Shown here: one piece after another, positions 12,171-24,104 of the stretch
Layout: the number at the start of each line of letters is the position of its first letter
Position numbering within the stretch: position 1 is the first letter of the stretch
Assembly (NCBI RefSeq): GCF_006345805.1
Contig: NC_043002.1
Coordinates: forward strand, 113,894,001 to 113,958,000
Reading direction: 5' to 3'
DNA length: 64,000 nucleotides
DNA from: Octopus sinensis
Taxonomy: Eukaryota
Program-made: the position numbers and the translations under genes
Notes under the pieces: generated by a model
Database searches by the model: none
Seen by the model: the letters and a program-made list of their open reading frames with translations, nothing else
What the model was told of the DNA's origin: nothing

Positions 12171-12768
12171 ACTTGATGAGAATCACCCAGTGTTAAATAT
12201 TTAACAACAGCAGCAGTTCATGAACTTTTTCTTCTAGTATACCTGTCTGTTATGTCCAGTAGTCCTGATGTACCCACTGTGAAAAATATATTGTAAAATG
12301 GTTGGATAAAATAAAACAGACAATAGTGGATACCATTTTATAAACACTATAAAACAGTGTCTGGTTTGTTATTGATTATATTTGAAATCAAAACTCTCAA
12401 ACAACATATTTAACTAAATTTTCTGTTATAAATTCTGTTTACTAAAACTGAGGGGACACCATTAAAAGTACTTATTACTTTCAAATTCTAATATTTTCCC
12501 AATTTTGTGTACCCCATAATTTCTCTTATATACCCTACGGGTATGTGTACCCTTGAGAACCCCCTGGACTTAAGAGATTGAACAGTACTGGTGACACTTG
12601 ACCAACTTCATTAGCAGCACCTCGTTTAGATAAAAGCACACATATCTGTTGTCCTTAGCCTCACTTGTTGTGGGGCACAAATTTGTAGGCCTTAATACCA
12701 ACATGGAAAATCAAATACTTTACATTATTTAGATTTGACAGATATTTGTCCTCATCATGTTTGTTGTT

Positions 12769-12814
12769 AACACAATGTTTCGGCTGATATACCCTCCAGC
12801 CTTCTTCAGGTGTC
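12769..12814 (-). ncRNA. Minimal type I hammerhead ribozyme motif (degenerate)
   Basis: GACAC-CUGAAGA-A-GGCUG(loop)CAGCC-GAAAC-AUU-GUGUU. Stem I is GACAC/GUGUU and stem II is perfect. There is an extra A before stem II, and stem III is AC/AU instead of AC/GU. Confidence 0.6.
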
Positions 12815-12861
12815 TTGGAGAAATTTTAAACCTGGGTTCTCATTCCTAAGGTATTCTTCGA

Positions 12862-12895
<34 letters not shown>

Positions 12896-12966
12896 TTTTT
12901 ATTGTTCAGGTCACTGCTATCAAAGAATACCTTAGGAATGAGAACCCAGGTTTGAAATTTCCCAAA

Positions 12967-13012
12967 GACACCTGATGAAGGCTGGAGGGTATATCAACCG
13001 AAACATTGTGTT
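12967..13012 (+). ncRNA. Minimal type I hammerhead ribozyme motif (degenerate)
   Basis: GACAC-CUGAUGA-A-GGCUG(loop)CAACC-GAAAC-AUU-GUGUU, with one stem II mismatch. Confidence 0.55.
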
Positions 13013-13197
13013 AACAATAAACAAGATGAGGACAAATATCCGTCGAATGTAAATAATGTACATAATTCCTCATCTCTTAAATACAAAACTGTATCAAATA
13101 CTTAATAGACAATTCTATGTTTGCTATCCTATGAGGCAGCTGAGTGATTAAGATGACGTAACAGCAGACCTACTGATTTTAGGTTCAAATCTTTCCT

Positions 13198-13429
13198 CTA
13201 TTTCTTTACTACCCACAAGGGGCTAAACACAGAGGGGACAAACAGGGACAGACAAACGGATTAAGTCGATTATATCAACCCCAGTGCATAACTGGTACTT
13301 ATTTAATCGATCCCGAAAGGATGAAAGGTTAAGTCGACCTCGGTGGAATTTGAACTCAGAACGTAACGGCAGACGAAATACGGCTACGCATTTCGCCCGG
13401 CATGCTTGCGTTTCTGCCAGCTCGCCACC
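13198..13429 (-). mobile_element. Full-length SINE family B
   Basis: Sense strand begins ggtggcgagctggcagaaacg, has B-box gagttcaaattcc and ends gggtagtaaagaaatag. Confidence 0.93.
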
Positions 13430-14384
13430 TTATGTTCAAATCTTTCCTTGGCAAAGTACGTTATTAGCTAAGCTCGAAATAACCTCAAAGAATATAAAAG
13501 CACATTTACTTAAGATATACTAAATTGCAAACCACATGCTCACCTATTCCCGATACTATTAAAAAGCTGCTGAAGAAAATATAAGAAAATCAATATAGCA
13601 AAATTACAAAACTAATCTTTGAAACACAGACATGCATTCTTTCAATCCCCTACCCTACCCCACCAGAATTAATCATCTTCTAACTTAAGCTGATTAATAT
13701 GCACTAGATTTAAACCCTTTTCTGACAAAGCTGACATAAATTTACATAATCTTACTTTTGATAGATTTTTAAATTTCTTTAAATACATTCTAACCAAACT
13801 GTCTCTATAAATGTTGAAAATATTGTAAAAGTTTGCCCAAAACATTTCATAGTATGTTAGTAATGACTAACTTGGCTGTAACATGTTAAGAAATATTTTA
13901 ATTAAAATAGGGGTTAATAAATTTGTTGTTTTCAAAATACATTGAAAGCTATATAAATGTGAAGAAGACTACAATGATCCCATAGCATAGAGAGGGAAAT
14001 ATTTATTTACTGACAAACATGATGAAATGATTGCTATGAAATCCTTATTGCTACTAAAAAGTGCATTATGATATAGTTTGGTTGGAGGCTGGCAGTCAGC
14101 CATTTGCAATAGAAACAAACATGTTTACACTTGTGCACCAAATACTGAACTTAAATATATTTGCTAAAGAAAATAAAAAGGACTTTGATCCTAGGTGACA
14201 ATTTCTAGTCACAACCAAAGTTACTTTGGTATCTTTAAAATTTTAAATGGAAATTTTAAGAGAAAAGTGTTATAACTTGTGATAGAGAAGTAAAGCTGCA
14301 AAATAGTCAAGACAGATTTTCTTACAATCCCCAAAACTAGAGGTTTAGTAACATTTATATATTTCAGGTACAAAGGCATATACT

Positions 14385-14559
14385 CTTTTACTCTTTTACA
14401 TGTTTCAGTCATTTGACTGCGGCCATGCTGGAGCACCGCCTTTAGTCGAGCAAATCGACCCCAGGACTTATTCTTTGTAAGCCCAGTACTTATTCCATCG
14501 GTCTCTTTTGCCGAACCGCTAAGTGACGGGGACGTAAACACACCAGCATCGGTTGTCAA
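14385..14559 (-). mobile_element. SINE family A, 3' part
   Basis: Same 3' body and tail as the full copies. Confidence 0.9.
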
Positions 14560-14919
14560 CTTCAAAAAATTTCTGCAACGTAACTGACAAAAAACCCTTT
14601 TTTCTGTTCATATTTCACTTTATCTCTTCATGTGAGCACAGTAAGGGGATGATAAATACCTAGTGAGTTGAGTATGCAACACTGGCTCAATTCTAAGTTG
14701 AGCCATCTAACATCTCAATCCTACAACATTTGGTTGCACATAACAGCCTGGAGACAGGATGGGCTTCACCAGGATGACTTGTCCTTGACACACTACATGA
14801 AGAGAAACTTTCTGGTAGCGACCAAAAATACACTGAGAGTCATGGAACATTTTCATTTAATTTCTTCAATCTTCATAGTGTATCACATGATCACGAGTAT
14901 TCACAAGTTGTTACAGCAT

Positions 14920-14960
14920 TCATACAGCTTGTTCCAGGTTGTCTTGTTGGTAAGAACCAG
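14920..14960 (-). CDS. Candidate terminal coding exon (phase 1): xGSYQQDNLEQAV*
   Basis: Acceptor ttaattgcttttgtag in unique DNA, followed by 3'UTR-like sequence. No homology could be recognised and the phase is assumed. Confidence 0.3.
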
Positions 14961-15080
14961 CTACAAAAGCAATTAAGGCAACAATATACAAATACTGAAA
15001 TTCATAAACCTTCCCATCCACAATAGGATAGATAAAAGATTTAAACCAGTAAAAGATAATTTACAAAAATAAAATATTAA

Positions 15081-15292
15081 CCCTTTCGTTAATGTATTTA
15101 TTTTGAGATTCTCTGTGTTTCTTTCAATTAATTTTAAATACAACAAAGAATTTAGTAAAACAACTTAGTTATCATTAAGCTAGTGTTAGGAAAATAAATT
15201 GTGACTAAGGTTTGGTGGAAGATTTTAATTCAAAATTTATGAAAACAAGACATTTGTACTACAGAGCCTCAGCTGGGTTGGTATCAAAAGGG
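15081..15292 (+). mobile_element. piggyBac-type MITE family 1
   Basis: TTAA-CCCTTTCGTTA...AAAAGGG-TTAA, with a small internal deletion. Confidence 0.88.
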
Positions 15293-16178
15293 TTAATGAA
15301 TAACATCTGTTAGGCCTCCTGTTCACAAAGGCTATGAATTAAGGAGCAATAACAAAGCATATTGTCATATGTTGAAACTTTACTTTGGAAACTGTTGCAA
15401 TAATATGTAAATGTCTAAATTTACAGAAGCAACCTCAGCAGCTTAACATGAAACAGGAAAAAAAATGTATACCTCAGATATTCTATTTTAGAAAACTGAG
15501 AGAAATGTTTCTTCTACTTTGGCATAAAATAAAGGAGCTGCTGTATATTCAAATGGTTACAGAGGATTGCACTCTCCACTACTTATATTTCCATACATAT
15601 ATAGATAGAATTCCTGATAGAAAAAAATAGAAGAATATTCTGGCAATCTAAGTATAAATCTCAAAGTAGATCTGCAACGAAATAGATATTGCTATCTGAT
15701 ATAGCAAAGCCTGCTCACAAACTCTGATGAATCAGATAAATAAACAAGTCATTGCTAAAGTTCAGACAAAGCAATATATCTCTGTGTATGCGAGCAGGTA
15801 AACTTAAGATGCAAGCAGCATTATATGTGTATGGATACAAATAGGCATACACACACAGATATGTTAGCAAACATATACATAAAAGTTTGAAAATTTGGGT
15901 AAATACAAATGCCATGGTTTTATATAGAACTCAAAAAGTAGTTAAACTAAAAAGTACAGGTAAACTAAACAGCATACAATATGTGTGTGTGTATTTGAGT
16001 ATGCATATATGTGTGTACATGCCCATATGAATATGCATTATATAAGCAACTTAATTTAAATAATCAAGTTATTTGCTAGTTTACACATGTATATCCACAA
16101 AAATAAAGAGAATGAGAGATTGAGGAGAGGGAATAGAGTAATGCCCTAACACATATGAGAGCAAAGAAATAAATATAT

Positions 16179-16228
<50 letters not shown>

Positions 16229-17103
16229 ATATAACATTCATACATGCAGTTTGCTTTCAAAACTGATATAAAATAGAGAAAATACATGCAAAATCAAACA
16301 AAAAAAGAAGAGAAATAGAAAGCTAAAATCTAATTGTATTTCTGAAATAAAGAATATATGAATATTTTTAGGAAAGGAAATTTCTGGTTCAAAATTCTAT
16401 TAATGGTAGGGAAATTCTATTGATCTGTCGACAGTATTGATTTGTATTGCAATACCCATGGCAACGAACGCTATTGAAAACAAGGCAATAAAGATAATCT
16501 TGTAAGCATCCACACAAACTTTCATGTATAGAAAGATTTATTGTTATCTAGCCAACAATTCTGTTTTTACAGCTAATAGATCACAAATTGTCAAGGGTTA
16601 TTAACTCATACAGAGAGGAACACAATCCCCCCACCCCCACCCCAACAAGAGAGTGGATGATTATTTTTTGCTAAAAGAAGCTAACATGAATTTGCTTTTA
16701 TTGTAGCCTATACAAGACCTGAAAAGCATTGCTATTTTCCCATTCAGGTGGCTGGCTACCTGGTCTATTTTGAAAAAGATATAATGAAAAAAGCAAAGAA
16801 GCAAAATCAATAAAACTAGATAAAAACTATGCTTTTCTTCTCAGACTCAGATTTCTATCTTAAAACGATGACAACTTTTAAGTATTATTGTTTGGTTTTG
16901 AACACATCTATGTTTATGCTGATGGACTATGATCTATTTTGACATAATATTTTCATTAGGAAATCCAAATGAAAATTTTAACAAGCAAAGAATGTCTTAT
17001 TGAATTAGCTTTTAGTGTTTCAAAAGAGAAAGAAAAAAATAAATGCATAAATCTTGAAAAATAAAATAAAACAAGTAATCATTATATCTTACACAATATG
17101 TTA

Positions 17104-17123
17104 TATACAAAGCATACTTAGAA

Positions 17124-17162
<39 letters not shown>

Positions 17163-17178
17163 CAAAGCATACTTAGAA

Positions 17179-17215
<37 letters not shown>

Positions 17216-17250
17216 CAAAGCATACTTAGAAAGAAACACAAGCATATATA
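17104..17250. repeat. Three tandem copies of tatacaaagcatacttagaaa+(CA)n(TA)n
   Basis: The anchor tacaaagcatacttagaaa occurs three times at about 55-bp spacing. Confidence 0.85.
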
Positions 17251-17822
17251 TAAACATAAATATATATATTTGTTGTGCAAGATTTTTTATGTGAAATTGT
17301 ATGTTGAAACAGATATTGTTGTATTTCGGAATGGTCATTTTGCCAGTTTAGCCAATAAAAACACACGCACTATATATTTAGTGTTACTTTGCTTCAGCGT
17401 TATTTATTTTTTACATTAATCTTAATCCTATTTCGGCCAGAGTTCTTTCATCACACCTCTGTGACCTCATCAGTGGTCCTTTGCTTTCTTCTTTCTTATT
17501 TGTGTGTCTCTCCTAACTAACTGTCAGCCATTTTGTATTTCTATTGTATGTGTCTTCATTTGCGCATGCGTATATCTCTATGTGCGTCTATGTTTAGTTA
17601 GTGTGTGTGTGTGGGGGGGGAATACCTGTAATATTTGTATCTTCTGTTTATATACGTTCGTGTAATTTGTTTTTGTTTTTGTTTATTCTTTTGTTCATGT
17701 GTTTACATCCACTTATTATTATTATTATTATTATTACATATGTTTGTATGTTTGTATAACAACAATACTAGTAATAACAATAATAATGATGATGATAAAA
17801 AATTTTTATATACACACACATA

Positions 17823-18185
17823 CTCTTTTATTCTTTTACTTGTTTCAGTCATTTGACGGCAGCCATGCTGGAGCACCACCTTTAGTTGAACAAATCGACC
17901 CCAGGACTTATTCTTTGTAAGCCTAGTAATTATTCTATCGGTCTCTTTTGCTGAACTGCTAAGTTACAAGGACGTAAACACACCAGCATCAGTTGTCAAG
18001 CGATGTTGGGGGACAAACACGGACACACAAACATATATACAACAGGCTTCTTTCAGTTTCCGTCTACCAAATTCACTCACACTCGAGGCTATAGTAGAAG
18101 ACACTTGCCCAAGATGCCACGCAGTGGCACTGAACCCAGAACCATGTGGTTGGTAAGCAAGCTACTTACCACACAGCCACACCTG
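17823..18185 (-). mobile_element. SINE family A with an internal deletion
   Basis: Tail, body and tRNA-like head are all present. Confidence 0.9.
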
Positions 18186-18872
18186 CATCTCTACATATAT
18201 AAATATACATACACACATATATATACATACATGCATGCATATATACACACATATATATACATGCATACACACACACACATTCAGCATAGAATTGGTAGAG
18301 TTAATAAAAGTAAAAATCATGAAATGCTTCGCTCATTTCAGCGTTTTGCATTTTAAATTCAAATCCTATCAAAATCAACTTTACTTTTCATTCTTCTGGG
18401 GAGTCAATAAATGAAGTAGCAAGCTAGGGTAGTGGATTGGCAGAATTGTTAGGGGCAACAGCTAGGATGCTTTGCAGCATTTATTCTGACCCTTTCACTC
18501 TGAGTTCCAATCTCACTGTAGTCTACTTGAGTGGTAGACTTAATCTGTCACTTGGTTTAACACTACCACCTGGCCTATGGATGCTTTTAGCATTGTCCAG
18601 AGTTTCAAGAAAACAGTTTGATCTTAGGTTTTAGAAAACTTATTTCCCCAGCTCATAGGCATTGCCTTTCCTCCTGAAAAAACAATACACACACACAGAA
18701 ATATACACACATACATGCTTACAAATATATATTCATACATATATAACTACACACACACACACATGCATACATTTTGTAAAAGCATTTCTATTGCCTGATT
18801 TATTCTAAAATATTTCATAAAATTTTTTAAACTCATTTGTTCTTTTAGTATATGTCCATTAACTCTTTTAAT

Positions 18873-19282
18873 CCATTTTGACTCCTGTGGTATATGCCCG
18901 TTTTGACTCCTCTAGTAATGTGTCCATTTTGACTCCTGTGGTATATGCCCGTTTTGACTCCTCTAGTAATGTGTCCATTTTGACTCCTGTGGTATATGCC
19001 CGTTTTGACTCCTCTAGTAATGTGTCCATTTTGACTCCTGTGGTATATGCCCGTTTTGACTCCTCTAGTAATGTGTCCATTTTGACTCCTGTGGTATATG
19101 CCCGTTTTGACTTCTGTGGTATATACCCATTTTGACTCCTGTGGTATATGCCCATTTTGACTCCTGTGGTATATGCCCATTTTGACTCTTGTGGTATATG
19201 CCCGTTTTGACTCCTGTGGTATATGCCCGTTTTGACTCCTCTAGTAATGTGTCCATTTTGCCTCTGCTAATGTATACCCATT
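18873..19282. repeat. Minisatellite of related 25-bp (A) and 26-bp (B) monomers arranged (AB)4 A6 B plus a partial unit
   Basis: A = cc(a/g)ttttgactcctgtggtatatgc; B = ccgttttgactcctctagtaatgtgt. Confidence 0.95.
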
Positions 19283-19479
19283 CAATAATAGATTATCACT
19301 CTATTTGCTCAAGTTTGTAGTTATATTGCCTATCTAATCAAGCTTGTGTACCATTCATTATATCTTTGATGTCACATTAATAAGCAAAACAAAGTCATCA
19401 GCATGATTCAAATTTTCCGAATAGTTTCCATAAATAAATCTTTTCAGCTCTTTCTTTTCCATTCCCAGACTTTTCCCTT

Positions 19480-20760
19480 AAGGCAGTTTATCAGAACAGC
19501 AAACAAGAGAAGTAATAAAACACTTCCATACAGCACTTCACTCTCAACTTAAAACCATTTGATCAGTGATCATTGCATCTTAATATACTCTGCCTATAAG
19601 ACAGACTGACTTCTGCAGCAAGCCAGAGTAACATAGAAGCTTCCGAGCTGTAACCCTATGTACACAATCAAAGGCCTTTTCAAAATTAAAGTATGTTTGA
19701 ATCTGAAATATTGTTGTACAATACGTCTGAGGAAATAATGTTTTGTCATTAAAACCATGCAATCACTGGGAACTTGTTTGTCCACCCATTAATATACTTT
19801 CCTAACAATCAATATTCTACTCAGAATAATAAAATTGAACACTTTTTGATACTATGCTGCTCAGTTTTATAGATCTTCAAATGCCATATTCTCTGTTATC
19901 CAAGGCACTATATCAACCTTCCAATCTCCAAGTGTCTCTCCTACACTCCATATATTACGAAACAACTTCAATAATGTTCCTGCAATCTCATGTTTGTCCC
20001 TTTTTAACCTTTCTCTTACAATTCCATCTAATCCAAGAATCTTTCCATTTTTTTTTATTCCCTAATGACTTATTTTTTCAACAGATACTTCATTTATAAC
20101 ACTTCCAGCACCTCTTGTGGTTCAAGAATTATCAGAAGATTTCTTGCAATAAATGCTTTGTTCATGACTGTTTTAAATATCCTCTTCATCTTTCTAAGAT
20201 GTTTATGTTAGACATTATCAGTTCCCTATCAATACTAAACTCAAAGTGTTCTCCTTATTTGTAGTCTCATAATTTTCTGATTCCTCTGCTACCTTGTATG
20301 TTAAGCAATTAATCTACTTCATTAACTTTCACTTCCCAAAACTCTTCTATCACTTCTTGACCACCTCTTTATCTCTGTTGCAACTCCAGTATTTTGGTCC
20401 ATCTAATTTCAACAGTTTGTTTTTGTTCTTTCATACCACAATAACTTACCCTATTTTCATCCGAAATCCATTTCATTCTTTTTCATTTTTTTATGGCTAG
20501 AACATCTTTGTATACATTCTGATGTACTTCCTTGACATTTTTCCACGTACCATCGATATCTGCATCTTCATCTGTAGCTTCAATTACGAATCAATTCCGA
20601 TATTCAATCACAAATTCATTCTGAAGTCTATCATCTCTCAATTTTTCTGCACCAAACCTGGTATTTCCAGCCTTCTTTTCTTTAGACTTCAGCTTTAATT
20701 GAATTGTTTCTGTTGCCTCCTGATGGCTATTTCCAATATCTATAACTTAATATGTTTGAA
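19480..20760 (-). mobile_element. Old degenerate RTE-like LINE (endonuclease end, linker, start of RT)
   Basis: Minus frames give FNFEKAFDCVHR...LLCYSGLLQKSVCLI (RT DFEKAFD motif, 19580-19762), EWISDE near 20460, and DIGNSHQ...IQLKLK (resembles the endonuclease SDH motif) near 20700. Confidence 0.7.
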
Positions 20761-21289
20761 TGTCTGGCTGCAATTTTCTATCAAAATATGATCTATTTCA
20801 TCATCATCATCAACAACAACAATATTTAATATCCCTTTTTCCATGCTAGCATTAATTGGATAGTTCAACATGAACAGACAAACCAGAGTGCTGTATCAGA
20901 TCCCAATATCTGCTTTGGCATAGTTTATACAGCTAGATGCCCTTCTTATTTGATTACAATATATTTCTATCTGGAGATGTCCAGGTATATTTATGAATAT
21001 CCTTGTATTTAAAGAAAATACATGCTATAAGATTGTTGGTCATAGAAAATTCTACCAAGCTCACACTATTTTCATCACCATATCTAAGCTCATGTATGCC
21101 CTTATATCCCTCAACTGCAATTGCCAACTTCCATGTTTAGATCATCAATCATAGGTTTATATCATTTACAGGTATACAATCAATTCCCTCTTGTAGCAAT
21201 TAATAGAAAGAATCTTTCCCTCCATCAGTTGCATTATTTTTCAAAAACATAACAAACCATTATACTAATGTTGCATTGCTCAGCTTTAA

Positions 21290-21598
21290 ATTTCTATCTA
21301 TCTATCTGCTCAGTCGAAGTCGACTCTCGGTTACTCGATGGATCAGTGTCCTCCAGCTAGTTCTATCCAGGGTCGCATCTTTCAGATTGGCTATGTCCAT
21401 TCCCGTGTCACTCTTGATGGTGTCAAGCCAGCAGGTTCTTGATCAGCCTCTTCCTCTCTTGCCACTGGCCATTCTGAGCATGATGTCCTTCTCCAGGGAT
21501 TTTCTTCACATAATATGACCAAAATATGTCAATCTATGCTAGGTGATCCTAGCTTCTAGCGACAGTTTCGGCTTGATCTGGTTAAGAACTTCTCCATT
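21290..21598 (-). mobile_element. RTE-BovB-clade LINE 3' end (ORF C-terminus plus (GATA)n tail)
   Basis: 21598-21302 translates NGEVLNQIKPKLSLEARIT*HRLTYFGHIM*RKSLEKDIMLRMASGKRGRG*SRTCWLDTIKSDTGMDIANLKDATLDRTSWRTLIHRVTESRLRLSR*, collinear with the BovB C-terminus as I recall it. Confidence 0.85.
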
Positions 21599-22124
21599 TA
21601 AATTTCAGTAAAAGCATTTTGCCATTAGCTAAAGGTTTTCATTTAGATAATGCTCTTAAAGCTTTTAGCTTTATGTAACGTAACTAAAGAAAATCATTCA
21701 AGCAGAGTGCACCCCTCTCCAAGTTACAAACAGAAGCAAAAATACTGAGTGGCAGATGATAATCAAGTTCATATGATTGGGTTAATTCCCAAATATATTA
21801 ACATATATTAACATATATCACCAGCTCTGTGTCATTGCTTATATATGTCTATGCTATATGATTGTACTATCCTAATTTACTGTGTTGTCAGAGCAAGTAG
21901 TTAATTAGTTGTCTGTCAGATGAAATTCATTCTAATTTGCTTAATTAAAATAGTTGCAGAATACAATATTATAGAAATAATTTGATAGCAGTGAAACCAT
22001 CACACACACATACACAAACACACACACACAGAGATTCCAGAGATTCATAAATATTTAAATGTGAAACACAGAGCTAAGAACAATGAGGACAGTAAATGGC
22101 ATTGACATTAATAAAAAGCCTCAC

Positions 22125-22127
<3 letters not shown>

Positions 22128-22171
<44 letters not shown>

Positions 22172-22172
22172 G
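22128..22172. repeat. (GA)n microsatellite
   Basis: Seen directly. Confidence 0.97.
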
Positions 22173-22559
22173 AGACTCAAGTAAACAAACTAGAATTTAC
22201 ATTCAAAATAGTCATCAGAGTAAATTCAGAGCAAATGCTCATCAGAACAATGACATTTTCAAACATTTTAATGCATCATCACCATCATCATCTTTGTCAT
22301 TTAATATCCAATTTTCCATGCCTGTATGGGTTAAAAGGAATGTGAGGCAGATTTTATTACAGCCGGATGCACTCCCAATCACCAACACTGATCTATTTCC
22401 AAGTAAGATAATATTTCCCCATGATCACATTTAAAAAAAAATTTTTTTTTTTTTTTTGATAGAAGACTGAAAGTGCTAGTATGACAGGGATGGTCATTTC
22501 CAACCATCACAAGATGCCTAAACAAGGGAAACACAAATACATGAGCACACACATGTATC

Positions 22560-22616
<57 letters not shown>

Positions 22617-22654
22617 ATATACTTTATTTAAAGCAGCAGAAAATTCAACAAAAC

Positions 22655-22692
22655 CTGTTACTCTGAGTTTCCCATTGCCGTTCGTCAGACAG
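22655..22692 (-). ncRNA. Minimal type I hammerhead ribozyme motif in a repeat (Penelope-like or retrozyme)
   Basis: CUGU-CUGACGA-ACG(GCAA)UGG-GAAA-CUC(A)GAG-UA-ACAG. Stem I is CUGU/ACAG, stem III is ACUC/GAGU with a 1-nt loop, and stem II has a mismatch at its base. Confidence 0.6.
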
Positions 22693-22828
22693 TTTTCGCT
22701 AGAATGGAACCGATATGTGAATTCTATCCAGACTATTACAAACGCTACACCTTTAAAAAATGGACTTGTTTGATTGGCCCTTTAGAAATAACGGCCAATT
22801 TTCGAGCGATAAACAAAGATGAGTTCAA

Positions 22829-22860
<32 letters not shown>

Positions 22861-23883
22861 AATATTAAAAATATAAAAAATAAATATATATATATATATA
22901 TATACTCTTTGGTTATCTCACCCCCATTAAAAAATTGGGTTACCTCTCCACTAAAAAATTGAGTTTATGGCAACAAGAGATGGGATTAAAAGTGTTAGAT
23001 CCTTTTGATTCAATAGTTCAACACACAATAGGCATGGTATGATTTGTGATAAAAATGTTATTAGATTCAATATATATATACATTGAATCATTAGTAATAT
23101 GTTTAACAGAAAAGGTGTTTCTCTGTAGGTCCTGTTAGGTATGTCCAAGGTTTTGCTGCAAAAATAAAACAATTTCTTTAATAATAATGATAATGATTCC
23201 AAATTTTGGCACAAGGCCAGCAATTTGGGGGAAGCCATATGCAACATATAAACCACTGTAAAAGGAAATATATGAACATATTTAGTTTTGCTGAAGGAAT
23301 TATGAAACTAAAACTCGAGTGAGTGTATATAAAGAGCAACTTTAGGTTTAGGATTTCAAATCTTGCTTGATTTATTTCAGTTATAATACAATAATAAGTC
23401 ACAGACTCTTTTGCTAAGGTAAACTCTTTAATGCAAACAATTCCTTGATAACATTAGCTTTTACACGCAGCCTCTTTTCCTTGAAATTTGAAGTAGGAAT
23501 TTCCTAAGTATGTATTTTCAACAATATTGACCAGTTCTTTGGCAGGCCATTTTGAATGAGCAAAACAATTTTTTTTTTTTTTTTTTTTGCAGGACACTTT
23601 ATCAAGGCTATGTATTGATAATTAAAGTTACATTGATTGAGAAAAGTCAGCTTATCAGTTGACTGAAGATCACAGTCGTATAAAAGCTGAATAGAGAGAT
23701 AAACTCTTAGATTCAATTTAAAAAACTATATATTATATGAATTTGCTATTTATGCAAACAACACATGCATACAACTTTAGACAATTTTCATATATTCAGC
23801 AATTTTTCCACTTCATTGTGCTGAAAAAAATGGTTGTTTATTTTAGATATCTGTGTAGCTTTTGACTATTTTGACAGTTTTAA

Positions 23884-24104
23884 CCCTTTCGTTACTGTAT
23901 TTCTGTTGAGATGCTCTGTGTTTCTCTCAATTATTTTAAATATAACAAAGAATTTAGTAAAATAACTTAGTTATCATTAAGCTAATGTTAGGAACATTAA
24001 TTGTGACTAAGGTTTGGTGAAAGATTTTAATACAAAACTTATGAAAACAAGACATTTGTACTACAGAGCCAGAGCTGGTTTCAGCCAGGTTGGTAACGAA
24101 AGGG
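23884..24104 (+). mobile_element. piggyBac-type MITE family 1 (221 bp)
   Basis: Perfect 12-bp TIRs, TTAA on both sides. Confidence 0.92.

Larger units (their letters stand above)
12721..13092. mobile_element. Inverted pair of Penelope-like element terminal repeats (pseudo-LTRs) around a (TTA)n spacer
   Basis: Arms 12721-12862 and 12919-13060 are about 142-bp reverse complements. Each carries a CTGA(T/A)GA...CCGAAAC hammerhead core, typical of Penelope-like termini. Confidence 0.8.

Noticed and set aside
14668-14976. 102-aa plus-strand ORF
   Set aside because: No recognisable motif or splice context. The region is better explained as a minus-strand exon plus UTR-like sequence.
18873-19282. 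CRISPR-like array or repetitive protein ORFs (GIYHRSQNGH...)
   Set aside because: The 'spacers' are themselves repeated, there are no cas genes, and the context is eukaryotic. The ORFs follow from the 51-bp period.
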